From positions 124,001 through 188,000 of the forward strand of contig JAANOX010000014.1 of assembly GCA_020184695.1 (NCBI GenBank): a stretch of 64,000 nucleotides of DNA, read 5' to 3'. The translations under genes were made by a program, and so were the position numbers. This DNA is from Histomonas meleagridis 2922-C6/04-290x. Lineage: Eukaryota > Protista > Parabasalia. This document shows, one piece after another, positions 12,401-23,053 of the stretch. The first letter of the stretch is position 1, and each line of letters starts with the position of its first letter. Under the pieces are notes generated by a model. That model saw only the letters and a program-made list of their open reading frames with translations, ran no database searches and had not been told where the DNA came from.

Positions 12401-14284
12401 AAACAGAATAATAAAACAAATAACGAAACGAAAAGCGAAAATAAAAATGAAAATGAAAAACATTTCGAGTTATCGATTGGTGACGATTTAACATTTAATG
12501 ATGATAACACATTCAATGATTTCCTAGCAAATGAAAACGAAAATGATAAAACAAAAGAAGAAATTAAAGAAAGTAAAAATGTCACAAATGAAAAGGAAAA
12601 TAAAGAAAGTAATGAAACAATTGAAAATAAAATTACAGAAAATAATTCAAACGAAAATGAAAAACATAACTCTATTGTCGGCAAGGAAACAATACCTGAC
12701 GACTATAAAAGTATCGATATCGACCAACTCTTCGATGTCTTCGATAAAGGCGAAACTAAAGAAGCAGATGAAGAAAAGCAAAATGAAATTAACGAAAAAG
12801 AGATTAAAGAAGAAAATGAAGCTATCAGAAATGAAAATGAAAACAAAGAAATTACTGAAACAGGTACAAGTGAAAATAATAATGAAGAAATTGGAAACGA
12901 AATTAAAGAAGAAGAAAATGAAGTAATTAGAAATGAAACTAACGAAAAAGAAAATAAAGAAGAAAATGAAGCAATTAGAAACGAAAATGAAAACAAAGAA
13001 ATTACTGAGACAGGTACAAATGAAAATAATAATGAAGAAATTAAAAATGAAATTAACGAAAAAGAAAGCGAAGAAGAAAATGAAGCAATTAGAAATGAAA
13101 ATGAAAGCAAAGAAATCAGTGAAGAAAACACTAATGATTATGAAGTAATTAGAAATGAAATTACCGAAAAAGAAAACAAAGAAGAAGTAATTAATGAAGT
13201 AAATGAAATTGAAAATAAAGAAAATGCTGAAACGAATCACGAAGAAAAGAAAAATGAAAATTATGAACAAATTAATGTTGTTGAAAAAGAAAACAAAGAA
13301 ATTCGCGAAGAAGAAATTTCTGACATAAACAAAAGCGCACAGTCAGTGAATGAAAACCAAATCATTGCTAATGAAATAGAAGTAAATGAAAATAAAACTG
13401 TTGACGATATCGAAAGCAAAGAAGAAACACAAAACGAAATCGATGACAATACTCAAAAAGAAGAAATCATTGAAACAAAAACAGAAGAAAATGTTAACAA
13501 TGATACAAAATCTGACGAAATGAATTTCGAAGATTTTCTTAACGAAACACAAAACAACGAAAACGTCAAATTGGAAGTTGGCGCAAATGAAAGTATTGGT
13601 GATAATAGCGATAAAGAAATTCATAACACCGAAATAAATGAAACAAAAGAAGAGAAAAGCGAAGTGCAAAGCGATGAAAAGATTATAACAACGGAAAACG
13701 AAGTTCATTACAATAGCGAAACGCATAAAGCAGAAACGAACACCATCAGATCCATTAGTGAAACGCAAAATGAAATCGAAATTGCTCGTAATGAAACAAA
13801 TGAAAAATCTGAAAGCAACGAAACTAATTCCACTAAAGCAAACGAAATACAAAATGATAGAAACAATGAAATCATTGATAACGGCACTATGCCATCGCAG
13901 ACTAAAGCTGATTCCACTAATAACACCAAAGCAAACGAACAGCAAAATGACAAAAACAGCGAAATCATCGACAACAGCACTGTGCCATCGCCGACTAAAG
14001 CTGATTTCACTAACGAAATCGGTGCCAATGATGCCGAGCGCAGCCCTCGCCCCTCTCCGCGCCGCTCGTTTGCATCGCCGCATGCGAACACATCGAAGCG
14101 CCGCACTGCCGCAAGTCGCCGCAGCAGCCGCCTCACGAAGATCGGGCTCCCGAAGCAAAACGGCGTCAAATTGGAAGTTGCCGCAGACTTTGCGCCGCTT
14201 GCGCAGGAAAGCACGGCGCCGCAAGCGCCAGCGCAGCACGTGCCGGATGAACTCGACGGAATTGAGGACTTCTTTGGCCTTTAA
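9497..14284 (+). CDS. 1595-aa ORF: Bdp1-like SANT domain (aa 1-293) fused in frame to a HID1/dymeclin-like region and a long Glu/Asn-rich tail
   Basis: RWTEEETDLFYRVLAMCGTDFSMISKFFPDRSRKMIVNKFHREE is a Bdp1-type SANT domain. An internal MGINVS start at 10376 is followed by a SSSFWRDL helical region. Confidence 0.65.
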   Translation: MDLFSDTIPPPTTTAATRPIPNFRPLSRTLSVSKQEKPEVQVKNELDSIPLSTLLQKHFNRKQPKQEPQKEEQGADDTDQLIGDSNFEAAGVASDFVNIFKEINDDDLYNQGFVQTNRYLKAEFNEPTARRFGTRERQVTQRWTEEETDLFYRVLAMCGTDFSMISKFFPDRSRKMIVNKFHREEAKNKEKILECISKHDPLDLNMYASIVGIDESSIIDDYQKNKAKLSGKNSLFQSSKRDDKQNQSGDESNESDEWVSASESEEPNLGDVDVREADNHDDDEIEGDSYVTKMGINVSATGKLPEIIQTMSTRDLPPSSSFWRDLTILDFVGVDNEDEFLKTLLIDIRKKHPKNLGELIKSVISLISKSAKSLNEDRKQALILSSLAGFMQNLISITCDSKCSQFWVKHASNGIASYKPIESLINSYMTPFNFDNKTIKSILKNPELYTTYGKILLFIIHGPSFFNRKTNDPTEFVLSFDQQNPTVYFKTLIELIPTIIEINQRTDQSMQLIKTHITLAVSCVYSCKTWKSCLTHMDPLKLYCALAVIFCFTPSTIECSEQLNTLLYLSVSLNRNLLKFIDNNKVSLRFIVSLLYHFKDRLNNSQSNDFLISIILITINIFIEGMPTLLSLNDNFDYDFPISIHRATFADLIIEILTTPIIEDSFQLNENIVLQIVGIITNMSTSITNLSEYSSKSLIEFLNVLSEDNKDSNLIQYTMSSIFNFICNQSLSNHFLYFAITEKRNLFKELTKSKNKLIVILAKFFLKLIKSFVKVYSDENLNKNEKILQLHKLIVPTFQKFSKIKKITENKIKLEMNDSVLWFDWFRGMFWKIYPNESMYYRLRFQYEETNNEETATDNESNNSNNVKNDTNINKTNEINDKKVKENIKIDNTNDEIKDNVKKVKENKIDNKNKEIKNNEIKDNVKKVKEVNEEMKKEKKIENEIKKELEISIDGLGESDDFDDWIGEKQNNKTNNETKSENKNENEKHFELSIGDDLTFNDDNTFNDFLANENENDKTKEEIKESKNVTNEKENKESNETIENKITENNSNENEKHNSIVGKETIPDDYKSIDIDQLFDVFDKGETKEADEEKQNEINEKEIKEENEAIRNENENKEITETGTSENNNEEIGNEIKEEENEVIRNETNEKENKEENEAIRNENENKEITETGTNENNNEEIKNEINEKESEEENEAIRNENESKEISEENTNDYEVIRNEITEKENKEEVINEVNEIENKENAETNHEEKKNENYEQINVVEKENKEIREEEISDINKSAQSVNENQIIANEIEVNENKTVDDIESKEETQNEIDDNTQKEEIIETKTEENVNNDTKSDEMNFEDFLNETQNNENVKLEVGANESIGDNSDKEIHNTEINETKEEKSEVQSDEKIITTENEVHYNSETHKAETNTIRSISETQNEIEIARNETNEKSESNETNSTKANEIQNDRNNEIIDNGTMPSQTKADSTNNTKANEQQNDKNSEIIDNSTVPSPTKADFTNEIGANDAERSPRPSPRRSFASPHANTSKRRTAASRRSSRLTKIGLPKQNGVKLEVAADFAPLAQESTAPQAPAQHVPDELDGIEDFFGL
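12800..13110 (+). repeat. Coding tandem repeat of about 147 bp (EENEAIRNENENKEITETGT unit) in the acidic tail
   Basis: GAAAATGAAGC.AT.AGAAA.GAAAATGAAA recurs at about 12813, 12960 and 13077. Confidence 0.75.
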
Positions 14285-14999
14285 ATGTTTAATAAATTTA
14301 TAATGTTTTATAAACTCAAATTTGCGTTTGAAAATGAGCACAAGCACAAAATCGCAAATTTTGACGATTTGCTGATATTTCCAAAATACAATGGATATAA
14401 ATTGGAAATTGATTTATTCGGTGAAACTGATTTTTTGAAATTCATGTACAATTAGTGAAAATATATACATATTCTTTTTGAATTGCTTATGAAATGCAGA
14501 CTCAATATGACATTAATTTGCATTTAAGAGAAACTGTGAGATTAACGTGCCTTTTTTGACGGTTCTTGCCAGGAAAAAATGAATGTAACCCACTGACTAA
14601 AAACTATGATGAAACTTTTTGTAAACTAATTGAATCGAATCTGATCGTTTCATTATCCATATTTCAATACAATCGCTGCAACTTGAAAATTTTTGTCTTC
14701 ATATTTTCTTGTAAATATATTTCTGGATTATAACAGCACAAACAGCAATTAAAAATTATTGTCAGATAGGAGACGAAAATTATGGTGACATTTCACGAAA
14801 TGATACTACCAAATTACATATAAAAAAATTAAACTTTACTTGTAACATTCAAAATAATATTTCCATAAATTATCTTGATACAAATAATGAATCTATAAAA
14901 AAAATCATCTTGAAGAAAAGTTATAAGAGCAATTTGGAAATAGTGGTAGAAAATTTTAATACCCATTTTAATATTTTATTTCTTTATTCTTCCCAAAAC

Positions 15000-15322
15000 C
15001 TATTTATTCAAAATATTTAGCATATTATTCCGGGTTTTATCTTATTTTTGAAAATAATGAAACAAATAATGAAGATAAAACATATATTTATATTATTATT
15101 GGCGTTTTAATTGCAGTAATTGTAATTATTTCAGTTCTTATTATATTATTACTTCGCATTCGAAATAATAAACAAAAAAGTTCTGATGAATCAATAGAAA
15201 ATAGTGAAATAGAAAAAGAAATAGTAACAAATAATATATCAGTGGGATATTTACAAAATATTAAAGAAGAATATCCATTTGCAAAAGATTTCCAAGAAGA
15301 TAATTTAATTGTACATATTTGA
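15000..15322 (+). pseudogene. Relic C-terminus of a surface protein (TM helix plus acidic cytosolic tail)
   Basis: Reads YYSGFYLIFENN...YIYIIIGVLIAVIVIISVLIILLLRIRNNKQK...EEYPFAKDFQED*. Same layout as the tail of 33708-34607; the upstream part is disrupted. Confidence 0.65.
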
Positions 15323-15618
15323 TCTTAATAATAACACAAAATAAATAAAATATTGAAATTGTTTTTGTAAAAAAATTCTTTTAATGTTTATAATTAAAAT
15401 GAGTTATTTTATCCAAAATTGAATAAAATGAAATATTTTTAAGTTTAACACTCCAAAATTGTTTCTTAAGCATAACAATACCAATGTATCAAAACATTTT
15501 TATAGTTTTCAATATCTTTGGCAGATCGATAAATCTAAAAAGAAAAAATTTAACATTTGATTTATCTACAACGATATTGTTTATCAACTTCAACACAAGT
15601 TCATAGTTATTATTATTA

Positions 15619-16632
15619 TTAAATCACATGATCCAACAGTTCCCTCAATGACTTTTTTGTCTCTGCGCTTTCTCTTATTCTTTTTCTTAATTGTTTTCTT
15701 TCGTTTTTTTGTTGCTGCAGCAGAAATTCGGTTTCTTCTTTCTGCCTTTTCAACAACTCCAAAAACTCTGGACTCTGCTTCGCAGCAGAAACTTTGCTTA
15801 TTTCCCCACTGCTTTGCCCTGAAGCAGATTTTTGTGACTCAAACTGGCTTCCGCAAATAAGGGCGTGTTCCTTAAGTTGGGAAACAGTTGGCCGCTGCTC
15901 AACGGGAAGCATACAAGTGGAAATAAAGTCAGCAATGATAGGATCAGAGACATTAGTAAAAGCTTGCGGCATTACGCCGCTTCGAATGGTATTTTTTAGT
16001 GATGAAGATGAATCACATTCGGAATATGGCTGAAGACCTGTCGACATCTCAATCACGCATAGGCCAAGGGCCCATACATCACTCTTAGTACTGGAAGATC
16101 CTTCTTGTATTTCAGATAATTCTGGGATATCACCAAATGCATAATAATTGAGATTTGGTAGGCCAAGCTTAATGGCTTTGGTATTAGGATCAATTTGGAT
16201 ATTACTGCATTTGATATAGCCGTGAATTAATGGCGGTTTATTTATATGGAATTGCTCTAAGCCATCAAGAAGTTGACCGCACCAATTACCAATGGTTTGC
16301 CTATCTGGAATAGATGGTAAACTTTTAATATATGCTTGGAGATTAGACTCTGAGAAAAATTCTGAAAGAATTATTAAAGATTTTCGACTTCTATCAACCC
16401 ATGCATGGGCTAACTTGAGCACGCTTGGATGGGAAATATTTCGCATAAGTTTTATATTGTTTATAAGACTGTTAAATTGCGAATCATTGCATTTTTCCAA
16501 AGATAATTCTGTCCAAAGTAATTTATTTCCAGTGCTTTTTTCAGTGGCCAAATAAGTTGATTCAGGTTCTCCACGGCTAATGATTTTACCCCGTAAATAA
16601 CTATTTGATGGGTCTAAAATGTTTTCTTCCAT
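15619..16632 (-). CDS. WNK/NRBP-family pseudokinase
   Basis: LLWTEL, HPSVLKL, IGNWCGQLLDGL and SDVWALGLCVIEMSTG motifs; HRD is replaced by HGY and DFG/DLG by GLP. Confidence 0.8.
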   Translation of the reverse strand: MEENILDPSNSYLRGKIISRGEPESTYLATEKSTGNKLLWTELSLEKCNDSQFNSLINNIKLMRNISHPSVLKLAHAWVDRSRKSLIILSEFFSESNLQAYIKSLPSIPDRQTIGNWCGQLLDGLEQFHINKPPLIHGYIKCSNIQIDPNTKAIKLGLPNLNYYAFGDIPELSEIQEGSSSTKSDVWALGLCVIEMSTGLQPYSECDSSSSLKNTIRSGVMPQAFTNVSDPIIADFISTCMLPVEQRPTVSQLKEHALICGSQFESQKSASGQSSGEISKVSAAKQSPEFLELLKRQKEETEFLLQQQKNERKQLRKRIRESAETKKSLRELLDHVI

Positions 16633-16905
16633 GAATTGTCACTTTCGAGAACGTTTAAAATCAAGTGAGAAACCGCACAAACCGTTTCATCGTTTTTTTG
16701 TCCAACACATTTTGAGCCTATTAACCGCTTAAAAATTGATCGTTTTTCTTTCTTGGTTCGATATGAAGGAAAACTTTTAGGTCAACCAGCATGCTTTGTT
16801 GTTGTTTACGTTTAAGAGATAAATGTAATCATTTCATCACAAAGAGATATTTTAGAGATTTAATTTAATCTATAGTTTACATACATGGTATGGAATTAAT
16901 TCCGC

Positions 16906-18006
16906 TTATCTGCCTTTTCGTACTTTCCAAAAATCTTCTTCGTTTCTTTCGTTTGAGCTTGGTTCTCTTATTGTTGTGGTTCTTACACGAGGCCATATAT
17001 GCTTATAACTTTTTTGAGGATCGATTTCATACATCAGCTCAGGTTCCTTTTGTGTGTTTTTACCTGATTCTCGCCCTAACTGCATATCAAATGTTTGTTT
17101 TTCTTTTTTCTTTTTTGGGGTGCTCCTTGACGGCGACCGTTTAATTTCAGCAAGAACTTCTTTTTGCTTTGCGGTGAGGTTTCGAAGGAAATCAACTCTA
17201 TAATTCCCCTTTGGTTGGATCTCACGTGGCAGCTGCTTTTCGAAAGATATTGTAGATCTTCTTCTTGGACCTAATTTATCTTTTTGCTCAACTGCTTTTT
17301 CGTACTTACCACAACATTCGCTCTTCTTAAAAAGCTCTCCTCGTTTTGTTTGCTTCTCAAATGGAATTGGAAGCTTCTTTTGTTCTTCAATATAAACAAA
17401 ATCCTGATTAGAAGATTGAAGAGGTTGTTCAAGTTTGATCACTCTTGGATGCTGATCACGTTCGAAAGTTGGATAAACTTTATGATCAACTGGCTCAGTA
17501 TCTAGAAATTGAGTATTTGTATTAGATTGTTTAATAGACTCAGGGTCAAAAGTACGAAGCTGCTGATTGAATGAATTGATAATGCTTGCTGTCGTTATAG
17601 TATCTGTCGATTGTTTGACGTGACGCAATTCACCAATTTTCAAATATTTTTGGTTAGGAGCTAATGATTCATATATCGGGTTATATGAACCTGGGCCTAG
17701 TTTGAGCGGTGATGAAAGTCTTCGTGGAAAAGAATATGTAGTGGTTTTATGTGATTGTCGTAATAAGGGTTGTGGTTTTTCATCGATATTTATATCTGGT
17801 CCATTTCCAAATGAGCATTCTAAGCTTCTTGAATATTGAGATATTGTGTTTTTAGTGACATCGAATTGGTAATCTAATGCATTTGAATTTTCTTGTGATG
17901 TAATTGTTGAACTTACTTCGATTGGTACCATTGAGATAAGCTTCATTCTGTCGAAAATTCGTTGTCCGCTTTTAGAATTTTCATTTTCTGTTTTGAATCT
18001 GTTCAT
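16906..18006 (-). CDS. Hypothetical basic protein with one PGPGSY-like motif
   Basis: 366-aa open frame; LGPGSYNP resembles SHIPPO-type repeats. Confidence 0.6.
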   Translation of the reverse strand: MNRFKTENENSKSGQRIFDRMKLISMVPIEVSSTITSQENSNALDYQFDVTKNTISQYSRSLECSFGNGPDINIDEKPQPLLRQSHKTTTYSFPRRLSSPLKLGPGSYNPIYESLAPNQKYLKIGELRHVKQSTDTITTASIINSFNQQLRTFDPESIKQSNTNTQFLDTEPVDHKVYPTFERDQHPRVIKLEQPLQSSNQDFVYIEEQKKLPIPFEKQTKRGELFKKSECCGKYEKAVEQKDKLGPRRRSTISFEKQLPREIQPKGNYRVDFLRNLTAKQKEVLAEIKRSPSRSTPKKKKEKQTFDMQLGRESGKNTQKEPELMYEIDPQKSYKHIWPRVRTTTIREPSSNERNEEDFWKVRKGR

Positions 18007-18784
18007 TTAAATCTAATAACGATTTCGTTTGCCACTTTTATTTAAAGCAATGAAATCGAATCCAATAAATTTCCTTCTTTCATTATGTAATATCCAATTA
18101 AAATACCACTTTACTTCATGTTTAAATGAAAACACTGTTTTCAAAACAGTATAAGGTATTTCATTAAAATTGGAAAACATTAAAATTTATGAAAATGTGT
18201 AAATTTACTGTATATTATAATGCATAATTTTTTACAAGCAATTTGTATTAAAAAGTATTTAATATCTTTTATAGGCTTTTAAATATTATTAAACGAGGGT
18301 TTCAAAATCATATTCAGAATCATTTACTTAAAAATTGAAAATCAAAACAATGTTATTCTTATTGCCTCCAAAAAGAGATTAAGTAATATGCTTTAATGGA
18401 ATATCCATTTTTTAAAAGGGAAAATATTTTTTCAAAATGATATTTTATGTAGAACTTCATAGAAATAATCAAAAGTGGAAAAAATCCTTTCATAAAGAAT
18501 AAGTAAAAACGAGGTAATATTTGGATTTATTGTTGTGAAACCAAAAATTCTGAAATTATGAAAAACGACTTGAAGTTAATATCACTTAGCTTATCAAAAA
18601 AGCATAATATTGACATATTTCTTAATAAATGTTTCTAAAATGTTTCCATGCCTAATTTGGTCAAATTTTATTGTTCAAAATAATCCAATTTGAAATATTA
18701 TGGGGTAATTGAATGGTGCATGTTCATGAACGATATGTATAGTATTCAATCTGTGGTAGAATTTTCTTAACGTCTCGACAGTTT

Positions 18785-20365
18785 TTGAATAGATCGATAA
18801 AATTTAATAAAGTTTTAAACCAATTTTTTTCCGCCGAAATGATCTCTTCTGTCCATAACCAAGAATGGATAGAAGAAGAAACTAAACGCTCAACAAGATT
18901 CCAATCAGTGTCCCCAGAAATAAATTCAATAACAAAATCAATTAAAGCATTAATTCGGAAAGGAATTCCACAAAAGTTTCGTGAAAAATGGTGGCTTATC
19001 TCTGCAAAACTTGATGCGTCTACAGCCAATAATACTATGATTTGGAAATGTATTAAGCAAACTGCTCAGAAGAAAAAAATTTCAGACGATTTCTTCTGGG
19101 CTCCAATTGATTTCAGCTCCATTAAAACCGAAATTCCAAGTGAAAAACTCCATTCCTTTGTTCACATTGTTTTAGTTCAAAATCCAAAAATCAATTTTTC
19201 ACCAATGATACCTTTTATCTCAATTTATCTTCTTACAGTATATCCCAAGCACACATCTTATTTTATACTTCAAGAGATGATTAATCGTAATGATAATCTC
19301 TGGTATTTTTTCACCACATTTGATGAGTCCAAAACATTCATGCTTCATCTTAATAGTATTCTTTATCTCAAATGCGGTTCTATTTCTAAGCATGCCAAAG
19401 CCATTAACATGGACATTACTGAACTCTTTTTAGAATTTTGTTGTAAATTTTTTAATCCATATGTTTCATTTCAAATTTCTCTTAGTATTTTCGATGCATA
19501 TATGAACGAGGGCATCAAAATCCTTATCCGGTTCTTTGTTGCTCTTTTTATTATGTATAAAAAGCAATTTCTCCAAGCGCAAACGACTACTGAATTCTGG
19601 TCCACTTTTATAGATAAACTACACAAACTCACTTCACCTAAAGATTTCAACTTATGGGCCAAATATGCGTATGACATATCTATATCACGTACCAAGCAAA
19701 TACGTCATCCATCCAAAGTTAACAAAGTTCTTAAGTCCACTTCATGTCATAATAGTCTAAATGATCAAATTCGCCGAAGTCAAATCATCCAAGCTATTGG
19801 ACATTTCCCAGGCAAATTATTAAATGGCGCATGCTTTTATGAGCTCACTAATTACTTTCCTGGTAGTATTCGTTTTTGTAAGCCAACATTAGTATTCAAA
19901 ATGGAAGATAACGGAACGTCAATATTAACAATGTTAGAGCACATGAACTCGAATTGTTCATACCTATTGATCCTAAAAACGTCGTCCGGAGTTTTTGGTG
20001 CTTATTTAAGTGATCCGCCATCAAAACGAAAAGAGCGCGGAAGGTTCTTTGGCAACGCGACAACGTTTGTATTCTCGATGAACCCATTGTTGGTATATCC
20101 TGGAAGGTCATCTGACTCGATATCTGGTGGCTTCATATCGATCGACAAAAATAGCGTAATGATCGGAAAGCCGAACCCCGCAATATACTTCGAGGACCAG
20201 TTTCGAATGGTCATGAGTAATTATTGCGAATGTTTCCATTCACCTGCTTTCACGCCCGCCGATGGAGCCGATATCTACGATATAGAAATTTATAAACTGG
20301 ACGTTGGAATGAAGAGACAAAGAAGCATGACTTTTAGCCATGAAGCTTTCATAGTGGAAAATTAA
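18785..20365 (+). CDS. TBC (Rab-GAP) plus TLDc domain protein, TBC1D24-like; start codon uncertain
   Basis: LIRKGIPQKFREKWW and IFDAYMNEGIKILIRF (TBC); LVFKMEDNGTS, GVFGAYLS and FFGNATTFVFS (TLDc). Confidence 0.85.
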   Translation: MNRSIKFNKVLNQFFSAEMISSVHNQEWIEEETKRSTRFQSVSPEINSITKSIKALIRKGIPQKFREKWWLISAKLDASTANNTMIWKCIKQTAQKKKISDDFFWAPIDFSSIKTEIPSEKLHSFVHIVLVQNPKINFSPMIPFISIYLLTVYPKHTSYFILQEMINRNDNLWYFFTTFDESKTFMLHLNSILYLKCGSISKHAKAINMDITELFLEFCCKFFNPYVSFQISLSIFDAYMNEGIKILIRFFVALFIMYKKQFLQAQTTTEFWSTFIDKLHKLTSPKDFNLWAKYAYDISISRTKQIRHPSKVNKVLKSTSCHNSLNDQIRRSQIIQAIGHFPGKLLNGACFYELTNYFPGSIRFCKPTLVFKMEDNGTSILTMLEHMNSNCSYLLILKTSSGVFGAYLSDPPSKRKERGRFFGNATTFVFSMNPLLVYPGRSSDSISGGFISIDKNSVMIGKPNPAIYFEDQFRMVMSNYCECFHSPAFTPADGADIYDIEIYKLDVGMKRQRSMTFSHEAFIVEN

Positions 20366-20447
20366 TTTTAATGTATAAAAAATAATATAATAATAAAAAT
20401 GTTGTTTTGTATGTTTAATCTAAAAAATTTCAAACATTTCACTCAAA

Positions 20448-21500
20448 TCATTTAGAAGAGGGTTTGAATACATAATCAATCCCATTTTTAGATGCATAAT
20501 CAAAAGCTGTTTTAAGTAATTTAAATATTTTCCATATATTATTTTGAAATATATTATTTTAAAGATGCCAACATTAGTGCATTATTAAAAAATTGAAATA
20601 TTTCTTAAATATCGTAATGAAATATTATTTTATGAAACAAACAAATATCAATAACAATTCCTTTTTGCTCAAGAACATATTGCACAAGTTCAGCGTTTCC
20701 TGATTCTGTGGATGATATCAAAACGTCTTTAGGGATTTGATTATTTTGAATAAAATCTGTGAGTAGATATAAATCCCCATTTTTTGCTATATCATTAATT
20801 ATGTTATTGTTAATTTTCATACCTTCATCGAGTATAAATGATAAAATTTCATAGTTATAATACAAAACACATTTTCCCCTAAATATTCCAAATTCTTCAT
20901 TGTCACAATTTTGTATTCATAAAGATATTTAAAGATATCATTTTGATGAAATTCAATTGCTGTTTCATATGCATCTTCAAATGATGAATGGTTTTGCTCA
21001 CATAAATGAATGATTTCTTCATTTCCACCTGCAACTGCATATTTGCCTGTATTTTTTACATTTGCTTCATTCATAAGTAAATATTTAAAACATTTTACTG
21101 AAGAAAAAAATGCTGCATAATCAATTAATGTAACATTTTCTTGATTAATAAATGAACATCTTTCATAAAGTGATGGTTTAATTGTTTGATTAAAATTAAA
21201 ATTATTGTGTGTTGATATTTCTTGGGATTTTTCTGTTTCATCATTTCGAGTTAAATTTACAATTTCATTTGGATTAACTCCTTCTTCAATTAGCTTCTTA
21301 TGAAGTTCCCAATCATTCTTTGATCAAAGGAACTAGTTCCTCAGAAATATTAGTGTTTAAAGAAGCAGAATTTTTGTTGGTTTCTGCTTTTGTTTGATAA
21401 TGAGCAAAATATAAAGAATGAATATTTTTGGCTATGGATTTGTCAATTAAATTTTTATTTATCATTTTTTCAAATGAATTATCATTAGGTTCAGACAGCA
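20448..21500 (-). pseudogene. Degenerate DUF3447-ankyrin paralog with deletions and frameshifts, retaining 17-nt inserts
   Basis: Fragments in different frames (21313-21501, 20817-21074, 20605-20865) are close to the 28166 gene. Inserts at 20514-20530 and 20534-20550 flank a GGA codon. Confidence 0.8.
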
Positions 21501-21596
21501 ATATGGGCTACCCCTTCACTTTCAAGTGAAGTGATGTGTAATATTGCATTTTTCGTAATATATTCATAAGACAATTTTCTTATAATTTCTTCGATA

Positions 21597-21668
21597 GGTT
21601 CCATAGTGTAACGGCTATCACTTGGGACTCTGAATCCCGAGACCCAGGTTCGACTCCTGGTGGAACCA
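21597..21668 (+). tRNA. tRNA-Gln(CTG)
   Basis: GGTTCCA/TGGAACC acceptor stem, anticodon arm TGGGA-CT-CTG-AA-TCCCG, T-arm CCAGG-TTCGACT-CCTGG, followed by T-runs. Confidence 0.96.
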
Positions 21669-21774
21669 AAATTTTTTGTTTTTTTAATGCTTCATATCAA
21701 TGTTAAAAACAAAATAATTTCATATTACAAGAAAAACAAATATTTCATATTAATATTGTTTTAATATCCCTTTT

Positions 21775-22182
21775 TCATTTTATTTTGCTGTGTTTTTTAT
21801 TTTGATATGCTGATTTATCGCCATATAATGAAGAATAATCAATCCTTTTTTGTGACTTATCATTAAGTAATTGCTTAGCAAAACCGAGATGTCCATTTTT
21901 AGATACGTAAGGAGCATCAAATAATTGACTCATTAGTTTATCTTTTTTCATTTTTTGTAAATTCATACTATATGCTTTTATTTCATTACCAAAGCTTTTC
22001 AAACCGAGTTCATTTAGCACATTTACAATAGTATCTGTGTCTACTTGTTCTTTATTTGATTGCAAATATTTCAAAATATAATTAAAAAACATTTCTGCAA
22101 CATCACAAAGTACTTCTGGTGGCGAATCACATTTCGTCACGTTTTGTACAATCCTTAAAATGACTGTATCAATTTGTTCCAT
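21775..22182 (-). CDS. Small histone-fold protein (NC2-beta/NF-YB-like)
   Basis: ILRIVQNV...VLCDVAEMFFNYI...DTIVNVLNELGLKSF pattern; start taken at MEQID. Confidence 0.55.
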   Translation of the reverse strand: MEQIDTVILRIVQNVTKCDSPPEVLCDVAEMFFNYILKYLQSNKEQVDTDTIVNVLNELGLKSFGNEIKAYSMNLQKMKKDKLMSQLFDAPYVSKNGHLGFAKQLLNDKSQKRIDYSSLYGDKSAYQNKKHSKIK

Positions 22183-22279
22183 TTTCTTTTTTTTGCGGCC
22201 GTTTACATTAACGGTTATATACCCAACGTTCAAATATAACGATACCATTCAATTTTTTTATCTAAAACTGACATAGCAA

Positions 22280-23017
22280 ATGAGTAGCTTTCTCAGCAAA
22301 TTCCGAGGTTTTCCTGAATATCACATGACCATTGAATCACTTTCTTCGCTTCGCAAGAACGAGTGTATGGTCATTGATTGCACTGGACAAGTTTTTGCTG
22401 ACGATGGTCTTCCGGGATATGGGAAAAAGCAAAAAGAATCAACAAAAGAGACAATCGAAAAGATCACAGCTGCCGGCAGAGAATATTCGTATTCGTTACA
22501 AAGACTCTTCGTAATGTTTGAACATTTTGCGGATGATTTATCACCACTTTTTACAGAAGAAGAAGACTTTAAGAAATGGAAAGTTTTACTCGACAATGCA
22601 AACGCTCAAGCAGCGAAAAGTAAAGCGGCAGAAAAAAACGCACAAAAAAATCTAGATAAAGCTCGTAGATCTGCAAATCAATCGCGTATTTCAAAGGCAG
22701 AAACGGAGTTAACAATGGCCCAAAGGAAAGCAAGCGATGATGCTGAGAGTGCAGAAGAATCAAAAAGGAAACTTGAGGAAGTTCAATATCCATATGAATC
22801 ATCAATGCTCGAAAAATTCACGACATCAGTGAATTGTATGCTCGAAAAGAGAATAGAAGCAGCAAGGGAACGTGAGCCAATCATCCAAAAATTTAGAGAA
22901 GCAACTGCGACATTTGTTGATTATGAAGATCCACGAATACAAAAATATGATAATATAATCAATGAATTTGAGGAAATGCTTCGCAATGAATTTGGCGTTG
23001 AACCTGATCAGAATTAG
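22280..23017 (+). CDS. Coiled-coil, BAR-like hypothetical protein
   Basis: 245-aa helical, charged ORF. Confidence 0.65.
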   Translation: MSSFLSKFRGFPEYHMTIESLSSLRKNECMVIDCTGQVFADDGLPGYGKKQKESTKETIEKITAAGREYSYSLQRLFVMFEHFADDLSPLFTEEEDFKKWKVLLDNANAQAAKSKAAEKNAQKNLDKARRSANQSRISKAETELTMAQRKASDDAESAEESKRKLEEVQYPYESSMLEKFTTSVNCMLEKRIEAAREREPIIQKFREATATFVDYEDPRIQKYDNIINEFEEMLRNEFGVEPDQN

Positions 23018-23053
23018 TTAATTGGTAAAACTTTTTTTTGATTTTTTTTTATT

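Noticed and set aside
12031-14347. Overlapping antisense and alternate-frame ORFs over the acidic tail
   Set aside because: F/S/L/I-rich or K/M-rich shadows of a low-complexity GAA/AAT-rich coding strand.
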